32,000 bases of DNA from an uncultured archaeon (lineage in GTDB: Archaea; Iainarchaeota; Iainarchaeia; Iainarchaeales; CSSED10-239). Location: the NCBI GenBank assembly GCA_964468895.1, contig CAYXWT010000002.1, forward strand, positions 9,233-41,232, in the 5' to 3' direction. The notes under the pieces are model-generated. The model was not told the origin of the DNA. It saw only the letters and a list, made by a program, of their open reading frames with translations, and did no database searches. The position numbers and the translations under genes are program-made. Below are positions 18,286 to 26,721 of this stretch, one piece after another. Position 1 is the first letter of the stretch, and each line of letters begins with the position of its first letter.

Positions 18286-19107
18286 ATGTTTTTAAATATT
18301 TTAACTAATATATTTTTGATTAACATGGTGAATAAACTTAAAAATTCAAAGAAAAAGATTTCTAAGAAATCAAAATTAGATAAATCTAAAAAGCCTAAAT
18401 ATAAAAGTCCTAACAAATCTTTATCTAAGACCAAAAAAGTGGCTCTAATTAAAACTAAAAAAAGGTTACAATCTAAAAAAGTTTCTAGAAAGCCTAAATT
18501 AAATAAAACTATTAAGAAAAAGTTTCCTGATCATAATAATCCTACTGAAGTTAAAAAGTACTTAGAAAGAACTTCATCAGACCATCATCTTAAAAGATGT
18601 AATTCAAATTGTTTTTTAAAATCTATTTTTTCTAAAACTGGATTTTACAAATTTGCATGGTTTCCATTTGTAATATTATTTTTTGTTTTAATAATGAATT
18701 TTGTGTTTGAATTTATTTTATATACAAATGTTGCTTTAATGCAAATACAAATTGCAAAAAATGCATTGTTATTTTCAGTATTAATTTCTACTTTGTTTAT
18801 AGTTAATCTTGCTTGTTATTTTTATATGGGTTCTACTGGTTCAGCAAAGAATTTTAGATTTAAAAGAATTTTACCTATAGTTTTAAAATTAATTTTAACT
18901 TTGTTTTTTATTGAAGTTGTGTTAGCTTTAATATCTTATTTTACATTTATACAGCCATATTTATTATTGGTCTTTAAAGATTCGGTATTGAAACAATCTT
19001 ATATTTTGTATTCTGTATTTGTTGTGTTAGTAAAATCTATATTTTACTTATTAACTTTTTGTATGTCATATATATTATATAGTCTTACAAAATTCAGGAA
19101 ATTATAA
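18286..19107 (+). CDS. Hypothetical multi-pass membrane protein with a highly basic Lys/Ser/Pro-rich N-terminal tail
   Basis: Residues ~15-80 (KKKISKKSKLDKSKKPKYKSPNKSLSKTKKVALIKTKKRLQSKKVSRKPKLNKTIKKK) are followed by 4-5 TM helices. The start is uncertain (ATG 18286 or 18325). Confidence 0.5.
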   Translation: MFLNILTNIFLINMVNKLKNSKKKISKKSKLDKSKKPKYKSPNKSLSKTKKVALIKTKKRLQSKKVSRKPKLNKTIKKKFPDHNNPTEVKKYLERTSSDHHLKRCNSNCFLKSIFSKTGFYKFAWFPFVILFFVLIMNFVFEFILYTNVALMQIQIAKNALLFSVLISTLFIVNLACYFYMGSTGSAKNFRFKRILPIVLKLILTLFFIEVVLALISYFTFIQPYLLLVFKDSVLKQSYILYSVFVVLVKSIFYLLTFCMSYILYSLTKFRKL

Positions 19108-19126
19108 AATTAATTTGGTAGATTTT

Positions 19127-19645
19127 ATGGATAATAAAATATATTATGCACCTTGGAGAAAAGAATGTATTAATGATTCTTCTCAAAAGGAAAGTTGTGA
19201 TTCTAAAACTTGTGTTTTTTGTAATATAAAAAAAAGAGATTCTAAATTATTATTATTGGATACAAAACATTCTTTTATTCAAGCTAATAAATTTCCTTAT
19301 GGTGGAGGTCACTTATTAGTAATTCCAAAAAGGCATATTAATACAATTACTGATTTAACTAGTGAAGAAAGAAAAGATATATTTAATTTATTAGATTTAG
19401 CAACCTATGTTTTAGACTTATATTTCAAACCAGAAGGTTATAATATTGGTTGTTCTGTAGGTCAGGTTGCCGGAGAAAGCATACATCATTTACATTTCCA
19501 TGTACTACCTAGATTTCTAGGAGATGTAGGTTGGAATAGGCTATGTAATTTTAACGTAATATCTCTTTCTCCAGAAGAATTAATTAAAAACCTAAAAAAG
19601 TTAGTACGAACTAAAAAACTTAAGAAAAAATTTGATATTTTATAA
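19127..19645 (+). CDS. HIT-family nucleotide hydrolase/transferase (Ap4A-phosphorylase-like branch)
   Basis: CVFCNI...ANKFPYGGGHLLVIPKRHI...GYNIGCSVGQVAGESIHHLHFHVLPRFLGDVGWN contains the histidine triad HxHxHxx. I prefer ATG 19127 over the track's TTG 19115. Confidence 0.85.
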   Translation: MDNKIYYAPWRKECINDSSQKESCDSKTCVFCNIKKRDSKLLLLDTKHSFIQANKFPYGGGHLLVIPKRHINTITDLTSEERKDIFNLLDLATYVLDLYFKPEGYNIGCSVGQVAGESIHHLHFHVLPRFLGDVGWNRLCNFNVISLSPEELIKNLKKLVRTKKLKKKFDIL

Positions 19646-19745
19646 AATTTTGATTAATAAAGTTTTTAAGTAAAATTAGAAACTATTTTAAATATAATTC
19701 AACAAATATATATAATGTAAATATGTTTTTTATGGGGATGAATTT

Positions 19746-20246
19746 ATGAAATCTATTTTTAGTAGAGCTTTTAAGAAAAAGACAGATGATTTTGAAATTG
19801 AAATTGATGAACAAATTATAAAAGAAAGCAAGATTCAAAAAAAAAGAGTAATTAAAGAATATAGGGATTATAAGGATAAGGATTTTGAATGGTTAATAAA
19901 TCACTTACATAAAATAGATGATGTTGTTAATAAAAATTCATTTGGAAATAGAAATAAATCTTCTTTTATTCTTGATGGTCATAAATTTTATAAAAATGAT
20001 GAAACTAGAGAATTATTTAATAAAATGTATGATAATTATACTGCCTATTTTTATGCACTAAAAAGATACATTTTAGTTAGAAAAGAATCAACTAAATATG
20101 ATGATCTTGGAGAGGATGCTTATCTAGCTGCTGGTCAAATTAAAGAATTAGATAGAGAAGCAGGAGATATAGAAAAAAAATTAAATTTATATCTTGATAA
20201 TATTAATAAAATAAAAACTATAATTAGAGAGTGTGTGGGATTATAA
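19746..20246 (+). CDS. Hypothetical soluble protein
   Basis: An ORF with GGGGATG 6 nt upstream of the ATG. It is charged, with helical composition, and I recognise no family. Confidence 0.5.
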   Translation: MKSIFSRAFKKKTDDFEIEIDEQIIKESKIQKKRVIKEYRDYKDKDFEWLINHLHKIDDVVNKNSFGNRNKSSFILDGHKFYKNDETRELFNKMYDNYTAYFYALKRYILVRKESTKYDDLGEDAYLAAGQIKELDREAGDIEKKLNLYLDNINKIKTIIRECVGL

Positions 20247-20260
20247 TTTTCCAACACACT
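20230..20260. terminator. Hairpin between convergent genes, spanning the stop codon of 19746-20246
   Basis: AGTGTGTGG (20230-20238) pairs with CCAACACACT (20251-20260). That is 7 bp, one mismatch, then 2 bp, with T-rich sequence on both sides. Confidence 0.35.
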
Positions 20261-20300
20261 TAAATCTTTTTCTTTGTAAATTTTAATTATTTAATTAGTT

Positions 20301-20522
20301 TTACATCATTCCTTTTGCCATTCCTTTTGCTGTTCTTAAACATTTTTTATGCCAGTATTGTCCACCCCATTTTTTATCACAACCAGGCTGGTTACATAAT
20401 GCACATGTTTCAGTAGGATATTTAGCTTTTGAAAGATCAATTTGTTGTACTTTGATTTCTTTCTTTTTTTCATCTTTGTTTTCTTTTTTTTTACCAAACC
20501 ATTTTTCAAATACCATTGTCAT
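20301..20522 (-). CDS. Small Lys-rich protein with a putative CxxC-x4-C...HxxC zinc-binding knuckle
   Basis: The start ATG at 20522 (MTMVFEKWF...) is preceded by AGGTGA (rc of 20525-20530). The Cys/His pattern is CALCNQPGCDKKWGGQYWHKKC. The track's longer ORF runs into the tRNA and is rejected. Confidence 0.55.
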   Translation of the reverse strand: MTMVFEKWFGKKKENKDEKKKEIKVQQIDLSKAKYPTETCALCNQPGCDKKWGGQYWHKKCLRTAKGMAKGMM

Positions 20523-20549
20523 AATCACCTTTTTAAAATATTTTGTAAA

Positions 20550-20622
20550 TAGCCTGAAGGAGATTTGAACTCCTGTCACAAGATCCAGGGTCTTGTATGC
20601 TTGGCCACTACACTATCAGGCT
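20550..20622 (-). tRNA. tRNA-Gln (anticodon CUG), no encoded CCA
   Basis: The reverse complement of 20551-20622 folds as a cloverleaf. Acceptor AGCCUGA/UCAGGCU; D arm GUGU-AGUGGCCAA-GCAU; anticodon arm CAAGA-CCCUGGA-UCUUG; T arm AGGAG-UUCAAAU-CUCCU. The A1-U72 pair and A73 match archaeal tRNA-Gln. Confidence 0.85.
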
Positions 20623-20631
20623 AGAATATTA

Positions 20632-21234
20632 TTAAAATATATTGTATTTTTCATTAAGTATTTTATATACTTCAATCCAATTTTTAACTCTAGTTATGTT
20701 CTTAGGTAGTTTAAAGTCATATTTATTCCAATGATATTCTCCATTTAAATCGAATAATATTACTGGAATACCTACTTTAGAACATTTTAATGCATTACTT
20801 AAATTGTCGTCAATTAAAATATCTATGTTAAGTTCTTTACAAATTTCATCTTTATCTTTTACAATTCCTAAAAGGTCTTTATATTCTATATGTTTAATAT
20901 CTTCAAAAAAGATATTTTCAAAATATTTTTCAACCCATAGTTTAGTTCTTTTAGCAAGATTTATGTGTCTAGCAGTAATAAGATAAATTTGATTATTTAA
21001 ATCTATTTTTTCAATAATTTTTTTTGCATCCTGTATTGGATCAACAAATTTTAAATCTTCTTTAAGTATAATTTTATGAAATATATTAATTCTTTTTTTA
21101 ATTTCTTCTTCATCTTTAGTTTCATATAAAGGATTAGAATTAATGCTAGAATCTATATGTTTTTGATAGTATTTTATCATTGCTTTACTTGTATAACATA
21201 TTGTTTCATCAATATCTATTGCTATTTTAGCCAT
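20632..21234 (-). CDS. HAD-superfamily 5'(3')-deoxyribonucleotidase-like (NT5C family) hydrolase
   Basis: DxDxT motif in AIDIDETI, then IYLITAR, K...W, ILIDDN and the C-terminal RVKNWIEV layout typical of NT5C-type HAD proteins. The start is ATG 21234, or GTG 21243 as in the track. Confidence 0.7.
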   Translation of the reverse strand: MAKIAIDIDETICYTSKAMIKYYQKHIDSSINSNPLYETKDEEEIKKRINIFHKIILKEDLKFVDPIQDAKKIIEKIDLNNQIYLITARHINLAKRTKLWVEKYFENIFFEDIKHIEYKDLLGIVKDKDEICKELNIDILIDDNLSNALKCSKVGIPVILFDLNGEYHWNKYDFKLPKNITRVKNWIEVYKILNEKYNIF

Positions 21235-21245
21235 TTTTATCACAA

Positions 21246-22334
21246 TTATTTATTTATAATTTCTAAAGCAGTTTGTTTAAATTTTTCTTTTTTATTTTGA
21301 TGTTCTTTTAGAAATTTATTTAAGAAAGAAACACAATTTTTTTTACATTCCCCGCAAAGTAATTCTCCATTTTTACATTTATTAAAAGTTTGATTTAAAA
21401 ATTCATCATCAGCATTGTGAAATTTAAAAATTTCATAAATTTTACAGATTTGTGGTTGTCCACCTTTTTCTTTTTGTTCTTCAAGAGTAATTCTACCACC
21501 TGTAAATGATTTATTTATTTTTCTTTTAACTTCATCGCTAGTATCATTTAAAAATATAGCAGTATCAGGTTCTGAAGATGACATTTTTTTACCTTCTTTA
21601 AGACCTGATTGGTGTTGAAAATAGAAAAAAGATGGTGTTTCAAAATCATAATTACATCTTTTTGAAATATCTCTTGTAATTCTAGCATGTGGATCTTGTT
21701 CAATTCCAATTCCTGTAATTGTTGGTGATTTTCCAAATTCATTTGGTAGTTGTATATGTAATATATCTGCAATTTGTAATAATACAGATCCAAGTTTCCC
21801 ATAATCAGAATGTCCATAAATTGCTCTAAACATATTTTCTGTAATTTTTTTAGAAATTTCATAACTTAAAGTATAATATTGTGGTTTCTGATTAGATTGT
21901 AAATAAATATCATCTTTATCAACACCTAATGCTAGTAAATCCATAAGATTATCTAAAGCATATTCTTTAGATTTATCTAAGTTTGGAACTTTATAATCTT
22001 CTCTACTTATATATGCATCAATATCAGAAATTACAAATTTACTTTTTGCACCTAGTTTTTTAAAAATTAAATAAAAATCTATATCTAATTTGTGACCTAA
22101 ATGATATGACCCTGAAGAAGCAATACCTGTAAGTTGTGAAAATGGTTTTTTATTTTGTATGCATTGTTCAATTTTATCAAAATCCCTTTGTGCAATAATA
22201 ATTTTTCTATTAAATAAATAATTGTTTATTATATTGTAAGATTCAAATTCTTTAAGTCCAAATTTACTAAATACATGTTTATAATTTTCAATTTTTGATG
22301 ATCCCCAAGGATCTATAATTTTAGTTTCACTCAT
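21246..22334 (-). CDS. trpS: Tryptophanyl-tRNA synthetase, archaeal/eukaryotic type
   Basis: IDPWGSS...YKHVFSKFG N-terminus, HIGH-type SYHLGH, KMSKS-type KMSSS, and the C-terminal Cys-rich CKNGELLCGECKKN. Confidence 0.9.
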   Translation of the reverse strand: MSETKIIDPWGSSKIENYKHVFSKFGLKEFESYNIINNYLFNRKIIIAQRDFDKIEQCIQNKKPFSQLTGIASSGSYHLGHKLDIDFYLIFKKLGAKSKFVISDIDAYISREDYKVPNLDKSKEYALDNLMDLLALGVDKDDIYLQSNQKPQYYTLSYEISKKITENMFRAIYGHSDYGKLGSVLLQIADILHIQLPNEFGKSPTITGIGIEQDPHARITRDISKRCNYDFETPSFFYFQHQSGLKEGKKMSSSEPDTAIFLNDTSDEVKRKINKSFTGGRITLEEQKEKGGQPQICKIYEIFKFHNADDEFLNQTFNKCKNGELLCGECKKNCVSFLNKFLKEHQNKKEKFKQTALEIINK

Positions 22335-22470
22335 AATTATTTATACCTTTATTTTTAGAATGCTTTTTTTATATAATATTTATATATACAATATATTAAA
22401 ATATTTACTAAAGTAAAAATAATCGTTATATCTTTAAAAATAAATTTAATTGTCAAGAAATAGCATATAT

Positions 22471-23442
22471 TTAATAAAAATACTTCTGTTCATAAAATAT
22501 AGTTATGACTTCTAGATTATCTATATTTTTATAAAACTTATTTTTAATTTCAGTAATATTATATAGAAATTCCGTTTTAGATTTTACTTCAAAACTTATT
22601 TCTAAATCAAAACAGCCTATAACTTTAGAGATATCTATAACATTAAGATTATTTTTAAGATATAATATGATGTTTCTACTGTTTTCTATACTCAAATCTT
22701 TAAATTTAATAAGTAATTTATATTTTTCTATATTTAATTTATTAAAATCTAAAAACATACTTTGTTTTAATATTATTCCATTATTTTTAAATTTATTAAT
22801 GGATTTAACAAAATATACAGTATCAATATTTAGTTCATTACAAATGTCTACAGTACTAATTCTACTATTGTTTGTTAGTATTTCTAAAATTTTTATATCT
22901 TTATTTTTTAATATTAATCTTTTAGAATCTAAAAATGTACTTTTTTCTAAATTTAAATTTCTAAACTTATTATTTAAATAATCTTTGTAATAATAGTATT
23001 TTTCAAAAGTTTCTAAAATTAAGTAGTTTTTAAAATTTTTATAAAACAAGTTTCTAAAAGCTGTAAATTTATTATTAAAATCATATGTGTTTTTAGAAAT
23101 AAATTCTATTATTAAATCATAATTGTTACAGCATTCGCATATATAGTTAATATATTTTTTATCTTTTAAGTAAGAAATTATTTTTTCTAGATTTTCAGAA
23201 TTTGTATTAAGTTTTAAATATATTTTATGATTTTTAAAACCTAGTTTATAATAATCAATAATAGTAATGAAATTTAGAATGATTTTTTCTTCAATTAGTT
23301 TATTTAATCTATAACTTACCAATTGTTGGGAATTTTTTATTTTTTTAGAAATTTTAGATAGGCTCTGTCTAGAATTTTTTTCTAGCTCTAAGATAAGTTT
23401 TAAATCTAACTTATCGATTTTCACAATAAATTTATAGTACAA
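22471..23442 (-). CDS. Lrp/AsnC-family transcription regulator with two complete HTH+RAM units in tandem
   Basis: LDLKLILELEKNSRQSLSKISKKIKNSQQLVSYRLNKLIEEKII plus a RAM-like half. The unit repeats from KDIKILEILTNNSRISTVDICNELNIDTVYFVKSINKFKNNGII plus a second RAM-like half. Confidence 0.75.
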   Translation of the reverse strand: MYYKFIVKIDKLDLKLILELEKNSRQSLSKISKKIKNSQQLVSYRLNKLIEEKIILNFITIIDYYKLGFKNHKIYLKLNTNSENLEKIISYLKDKKYINYICECCNNYDLIIEFISKNTYDFNNKFTAFRNLFYKNFKNYLILETFEKYYYYKDYLNNKFRNLNLEKSTFLDSKRLILKNKDIKILEILTNNSRISTVDICNELNIDTVYFVKSINKFKNNGIILKQSMFLDFNKLNIEKYKLLIKFKDLSIENSRNIILYLKNNLNVIDISKVIGCFDLEISFEVKSKTEFLYNITEIKNKFYKNIDNLEVITIFYEQKYFY

Positions 23443-23513
23443 TTGCTTATTTAAAATGAGATTATAATGCTAAAGAAACTAATCTATAATTAAGATTTAA
23501 CTAAGATGTAATT

Positions 23514-25424
23514 TCATTTGATTTCAAAGAAAGAAGAAATTTCTTTTTCTAAGTTTTTAGTAAGTTTTATTTTTTCAGATTTTGGTAAGCATCTTCTATA
23601 ACTTTCCCATAAATATCTTTTATCCATATATATAATTGTACCTTTATCACTTTCTGTTCTAATTACTCTTCCAGCACTTTGTATTACTTTTTGAATAGCT
23701 GGTTGAATATAAGCATATAAAAGTCCATTATTATATTTATCTTGATAATATCCAATTTTAGATTTTATTTCAAGATTCATTCTAGCAAGAGGTATTCCAA
23801 TAATGATTGCAGCTTTAAGATAATTTCCTGGTAAATCAATACCTTCTGAAGCTTTACCACCCATAACTGCAAATAAATTGGATCCAAATCTTAAAGAATG
23901 TTCTTTAAATTCATTAATCATTTTTTCAAAATCTAAGGGATCTTGATTTTCTTGTTGTATTAGTTTTGGTTTATTACTTTTTACTAAATCTACAACTTGA
24001 TTAAGAATTCCAAAACTTGGAAAAAAAATAATTGTGTTTCCAGGTATTTTTTTAACACATTCATCTATATTTTGAGCAATATTTTTATATTCTTGTATAT
24101 TTCTAGATGCAAATTTTGTAGTTATATTACTAACTAATAAATTTAATCTTTTATCTTTGTCAAAAGGTGAAGTATATTCTTTTAATAATGTACTTTCATT
24201 TAAACCAAGTATTTTTTGATACATATTTAAAGGTGTTAATGTTGCTGACATTAATATATTTGAATGTGTGTTTTCAAAAATATTTTTTGTAATTAAAGAT
24301 ACATCTAATGCATTATATTTTATACTTATTGTGTTTTTATCATTTGTAATAAATCTAATATGTGCTTTTAAATTTTCATTCCATTCTTTTAAAAAAAGTG
24401 CAATGTTTACTAATGAAGAGCTATGTTTATTTAATTTTTCAACATATTCTAAACCACTCTCTTCTAGATTTGTAATTATGTCATGATAATTATTTTCTAA
24501 TTTTGGAAAAAATAAATCTTCTTTAGTAATAAATTCTTCTTTTTTATTTTTTAAATATTTTTCTTCTAACTTTTCAAATTTATGTAAAAATTCTATTAAT
24601 ATAGATTTTAGAACTGAATTTTTTAATTCTTTACATTCTTTTATAGCTCTATTTATAATGTAAGTATTAAGAGATCTAGATTGTAATTTTAATACTCTTT
24701 CTTCTAAATTATGAGCTTCATCAACTATAACTATACAATTATTAATATCTATTCCTAATTCAGTAAGAAAATTTCCAGATACACTTGTAGAAAAAAGATG
24801 ATAATAATCTGCAATAATTATTTTACAACTTTTACCATATATTTTTGCAAGTTCATAAGCGCACAAAGGTTTATTTAGTCCATTAGATTTAAAATTTTCT
24901 GCTATATCTTTTATTTCTAAATGACTAAGTATGTTTTCATTTTCTAATAATCTATTTATTTTAAATTTCATATTTTCTTTTGTAGATTTATCCTTTGGCT
25001 TTATATTTTCATAAAATGAACATTGGTGTTTCTTAGTTGCTTGACTACAAATTTCATAAAAATTAGAGTTTACATTTCTAATTACTGGATCTGTACACAT
25101 TTTCTTTTTTCCAACAAATTCTATTGCTTTTATATCTAAATCATATTTATTATTAATACCTCTAATTACTTCTAGTGCAATTTTATGTTGTGAAATTTTA
25201 GGTGTTAGAAATAAGATTTTAATATCTTTATCTTTAGCATAACTTATTGCTGCTGACAAAGCAGCATCTGTTTTACCAATACCTGTTGGTGCATGTAATA
25301 ACATGCTTTTTTTAGAATTAATTGTACTATATATATCAGTAATAATTTCATTTTGTTCTTTTCTAAAACTATTATGTCTAAAATAGATTTTTTTAGTAGT
25401 ATTATTATTTTCTATATTTTGCAT
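23514..25424 (-). CDS. xpd: XPD/Rad3-family (DinG-like) 5'-3' DNA helicase with Fe-S domain
   Basis: Walker A LLHAPTGIGKTDAAL and the DEAH box VIVDEAHNLE. Four Cys lie between motifs I and II (KKKMC, YEIC, KHQC, KPLC). C-terminal motifs are GKASEGIDLPG and QSAGRVIR. Confidence 0.9.
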   Translation of the reverse strand: MQNIENNNTTKKIYFRHNSFRKEQNEIITDIYSTINSKKSMLLHAPTGIGKTDAALSAAISYAKDKDIKILFLTPKISQHKIALEVIRGINNKYDLDIKAIEFVGKKKMCTDPVIRNVNSNFYEICSQATKKHQCSFYENIKPKDKSTKENMKFKINRLLENENILSHLEIKDIAENFKSNGLNKPLCAYELAKIYGKSCKIIIADYYHLFSTSVSGNFLTELGIDINNCIVIVDEAHNLEERVLKLQSRSLNTYIINRAIKECKELKNSVLKSILIEFLHKFEKLEEKYLKNKKEEFITKEDLFFPKLENNYHDIITNLEESGLEYVEKLNKHSSSLVNIALFLKEWNENLKAHIRFITNDKNTISIKYNALDVSLITKNIFENTHSNILMSATLTPLNMYQKILGLNESTLLKEYTSPFDKDKRLNLLVSNITTKFASRNIQEYKNIAQNIDECVKKIPGNTIIFFPSFGILNQVVDLVKSNKPKLIQQENQDPLDFEKMINEFKEHSLRFGSNLFAVMGGKASEGIDLPGNYLKAAIIIGIPLARMNLEIKSKIGYYQDKYNNGLLYAYIQPAIQKVIQSAGRVIRTESDKGTIIYMDKRYLWESYRRCLPKSEKIKLTKNLEKEISSFFEIK

Positions 25425-25498
25425 ATTTTATCAAAATTAAATATATTTTTAAATTAAGCTTTGTTTTAAATAATTATATCTGTAAATTTATATATATC

Positions 25499-25523
25499 TT
25501 TGTAAAGGGTAAGTGGCCATTGC
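25499..25523 (+). promoter_or_regulatory. GC-rich conserved motif copy 2 (TTTGTAAAGGGTAAGTGGCCATTGC) abutting a TATA-like tract
   Basis: It has the same orientation and context as 3479-3504. It is followed directly by tttttaaatattttt, lies 29 nt upstream of ATG 25553 (+) and ~75-100 nt upstream of the xpd ATG 25424 (-). Confidence 0.4.
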
Positions 25524-25552
25524 TTTTTAAATATTTTTAACTAATTATTGTT

Positions 25553-26704
25553 ATGACTAAAGATTTAAAGATTATTTCTTGTTATGGAAATAATTATGAT
25601 TTAGGATATTTACAAGGTAAAGCTCTTAAAAATGAAATTAAATCTAATATTAATGAATTATTAGTTAATAATAAATATTTTCCACATATGAAGTTTTTAC
25701 CAACTAATAGTATTTCAGATTTAACTAGTTTATATATAGATTATAAATTTAAAGATAATTCTAATAATATAGTTTTATCTTTATGGATGGAAAGATTGCA
25801 AGGTATTATAGATGGTGCTAAATGTAAGAAAAATTTAATTAAAAGTATTCAAATTTTAGAAGCAATTTATGTTCCATTAGGAACATCTTTTTGTACAAGT
25901 TTTGCATTTCATAAAAGTAAAACTAATAAATTAGGCCCAGTAATACTTAAAAATTATGATATTGCAGATATTATAAGACCATTTAGTTTTTTAAGATATT
26001 GTGAACCTAAAAATAAATTTAAAAACTTTGATATGGCTTTAAGTGTTCAACCAGGGGCTCATACTTTAATAAATGAAAAAGGATTTTGTATTTCTTTTAA
26101 TTTTGGAGTTACTTTAATGGATCCAAAAATTGGTGTGCTTCCAACTTTTATTGCTCAGTATGGTATTGAAAATTTTTCTACAACTAAAGAATTTGTACAT
26201 TGGGTAAGTGATGTTGTTGCTGCTCAAGGTTGTTTATTTACTGTGTGTGATATTAATTCTAATATTTGTGTTGTTGAAAAAATTGGAGCAATAACAAGTG
26301 TTAGGAAAGCTATTGATGGTGCAACAGTTGCTACTAATCATTATGTTAGTAATTCTTTAGCACCTTTAAATTTTGATATAAAAACAACTTATAGTAAAAG
26401 TAGTCCACCTTGTCTTAGAAATGTAAGTGTAAATAAATCTAATATTTTAAGATATAATAGAGGTAGAAAACTAATTACTAAATTTAAATCTAAAAAAATA
26501 GATTTAGAAGATATTAAAACAATTGCTAAAGATCATAACAATAAAAAAGAAGGTAGTGAAGAAAGTATTTGTAGGCATCATCCAATACTTGGTACTGCAG
26601 GATCTGTAATTTTACAACCTAAAGAAAATAAAATTTTAGTTTGTAATGGTAAACCTTGTAAAGAAAAATATAAAGAAATAGATTTAAATAATTATTTTAA
26701 ATAA
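25553..26704 (+). CDS. Peptidase C45 / acyl-CoA:6-aminopenicillanic-acid acyltransferase-like Ntn hydrolase
   Basis: The N-terminal CYGNNYDLGYLQGKALKNEI and the candidate autoprocessing nucleophile in GTSFCTSFAF are typical of the C45 family. Confidence 0.65.
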   Translation: MTKDLKIISCYGNNYDLGYLQGKALKNEIKSNINELLVNNKYFPHMKFLPTNSISDLTSLYIDYKFKDNSNNIVLSLWMERLQGIIDGAKCKKNLIKSIQILEAIYVPLGTSFCTSFAFHKSKTNKLGPVILKNYDIADIIRPFSFLRYCEPKNKFKNFDMALSVQPGAHTLINEKGFCISFNFGVTLMDPKIGVLPTFIAQYGIENFSTTKEFVHWVSDVVAAQGCLFTVCDINSNICVVEKIGAITSVRKAIDGATVATNHYVSNSLAPLNFDIKTTYSKSSPPCLRNVSVNKSNILRYNRGRKLITKFKSKKIDLEDIKTIAKDHNNKKEGSEESICRHHPILGTAGSVILQPKENKILVCNGKPCKEKYKEIDLNNYFK

Positions 26705-26721
26705 AATATTTTTTGATTAAT

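Noticed and set aside
20523-20579. The track's longer version of the small ORF, starting at 20579 (MTGVQISFRLFTKYFKKVI...).
   Set aside because: The extension reads through the 3' half of the tRNA-Gln gene. The ATG at 20522 has an AGGTGA SD and leaves the tRNA intact.
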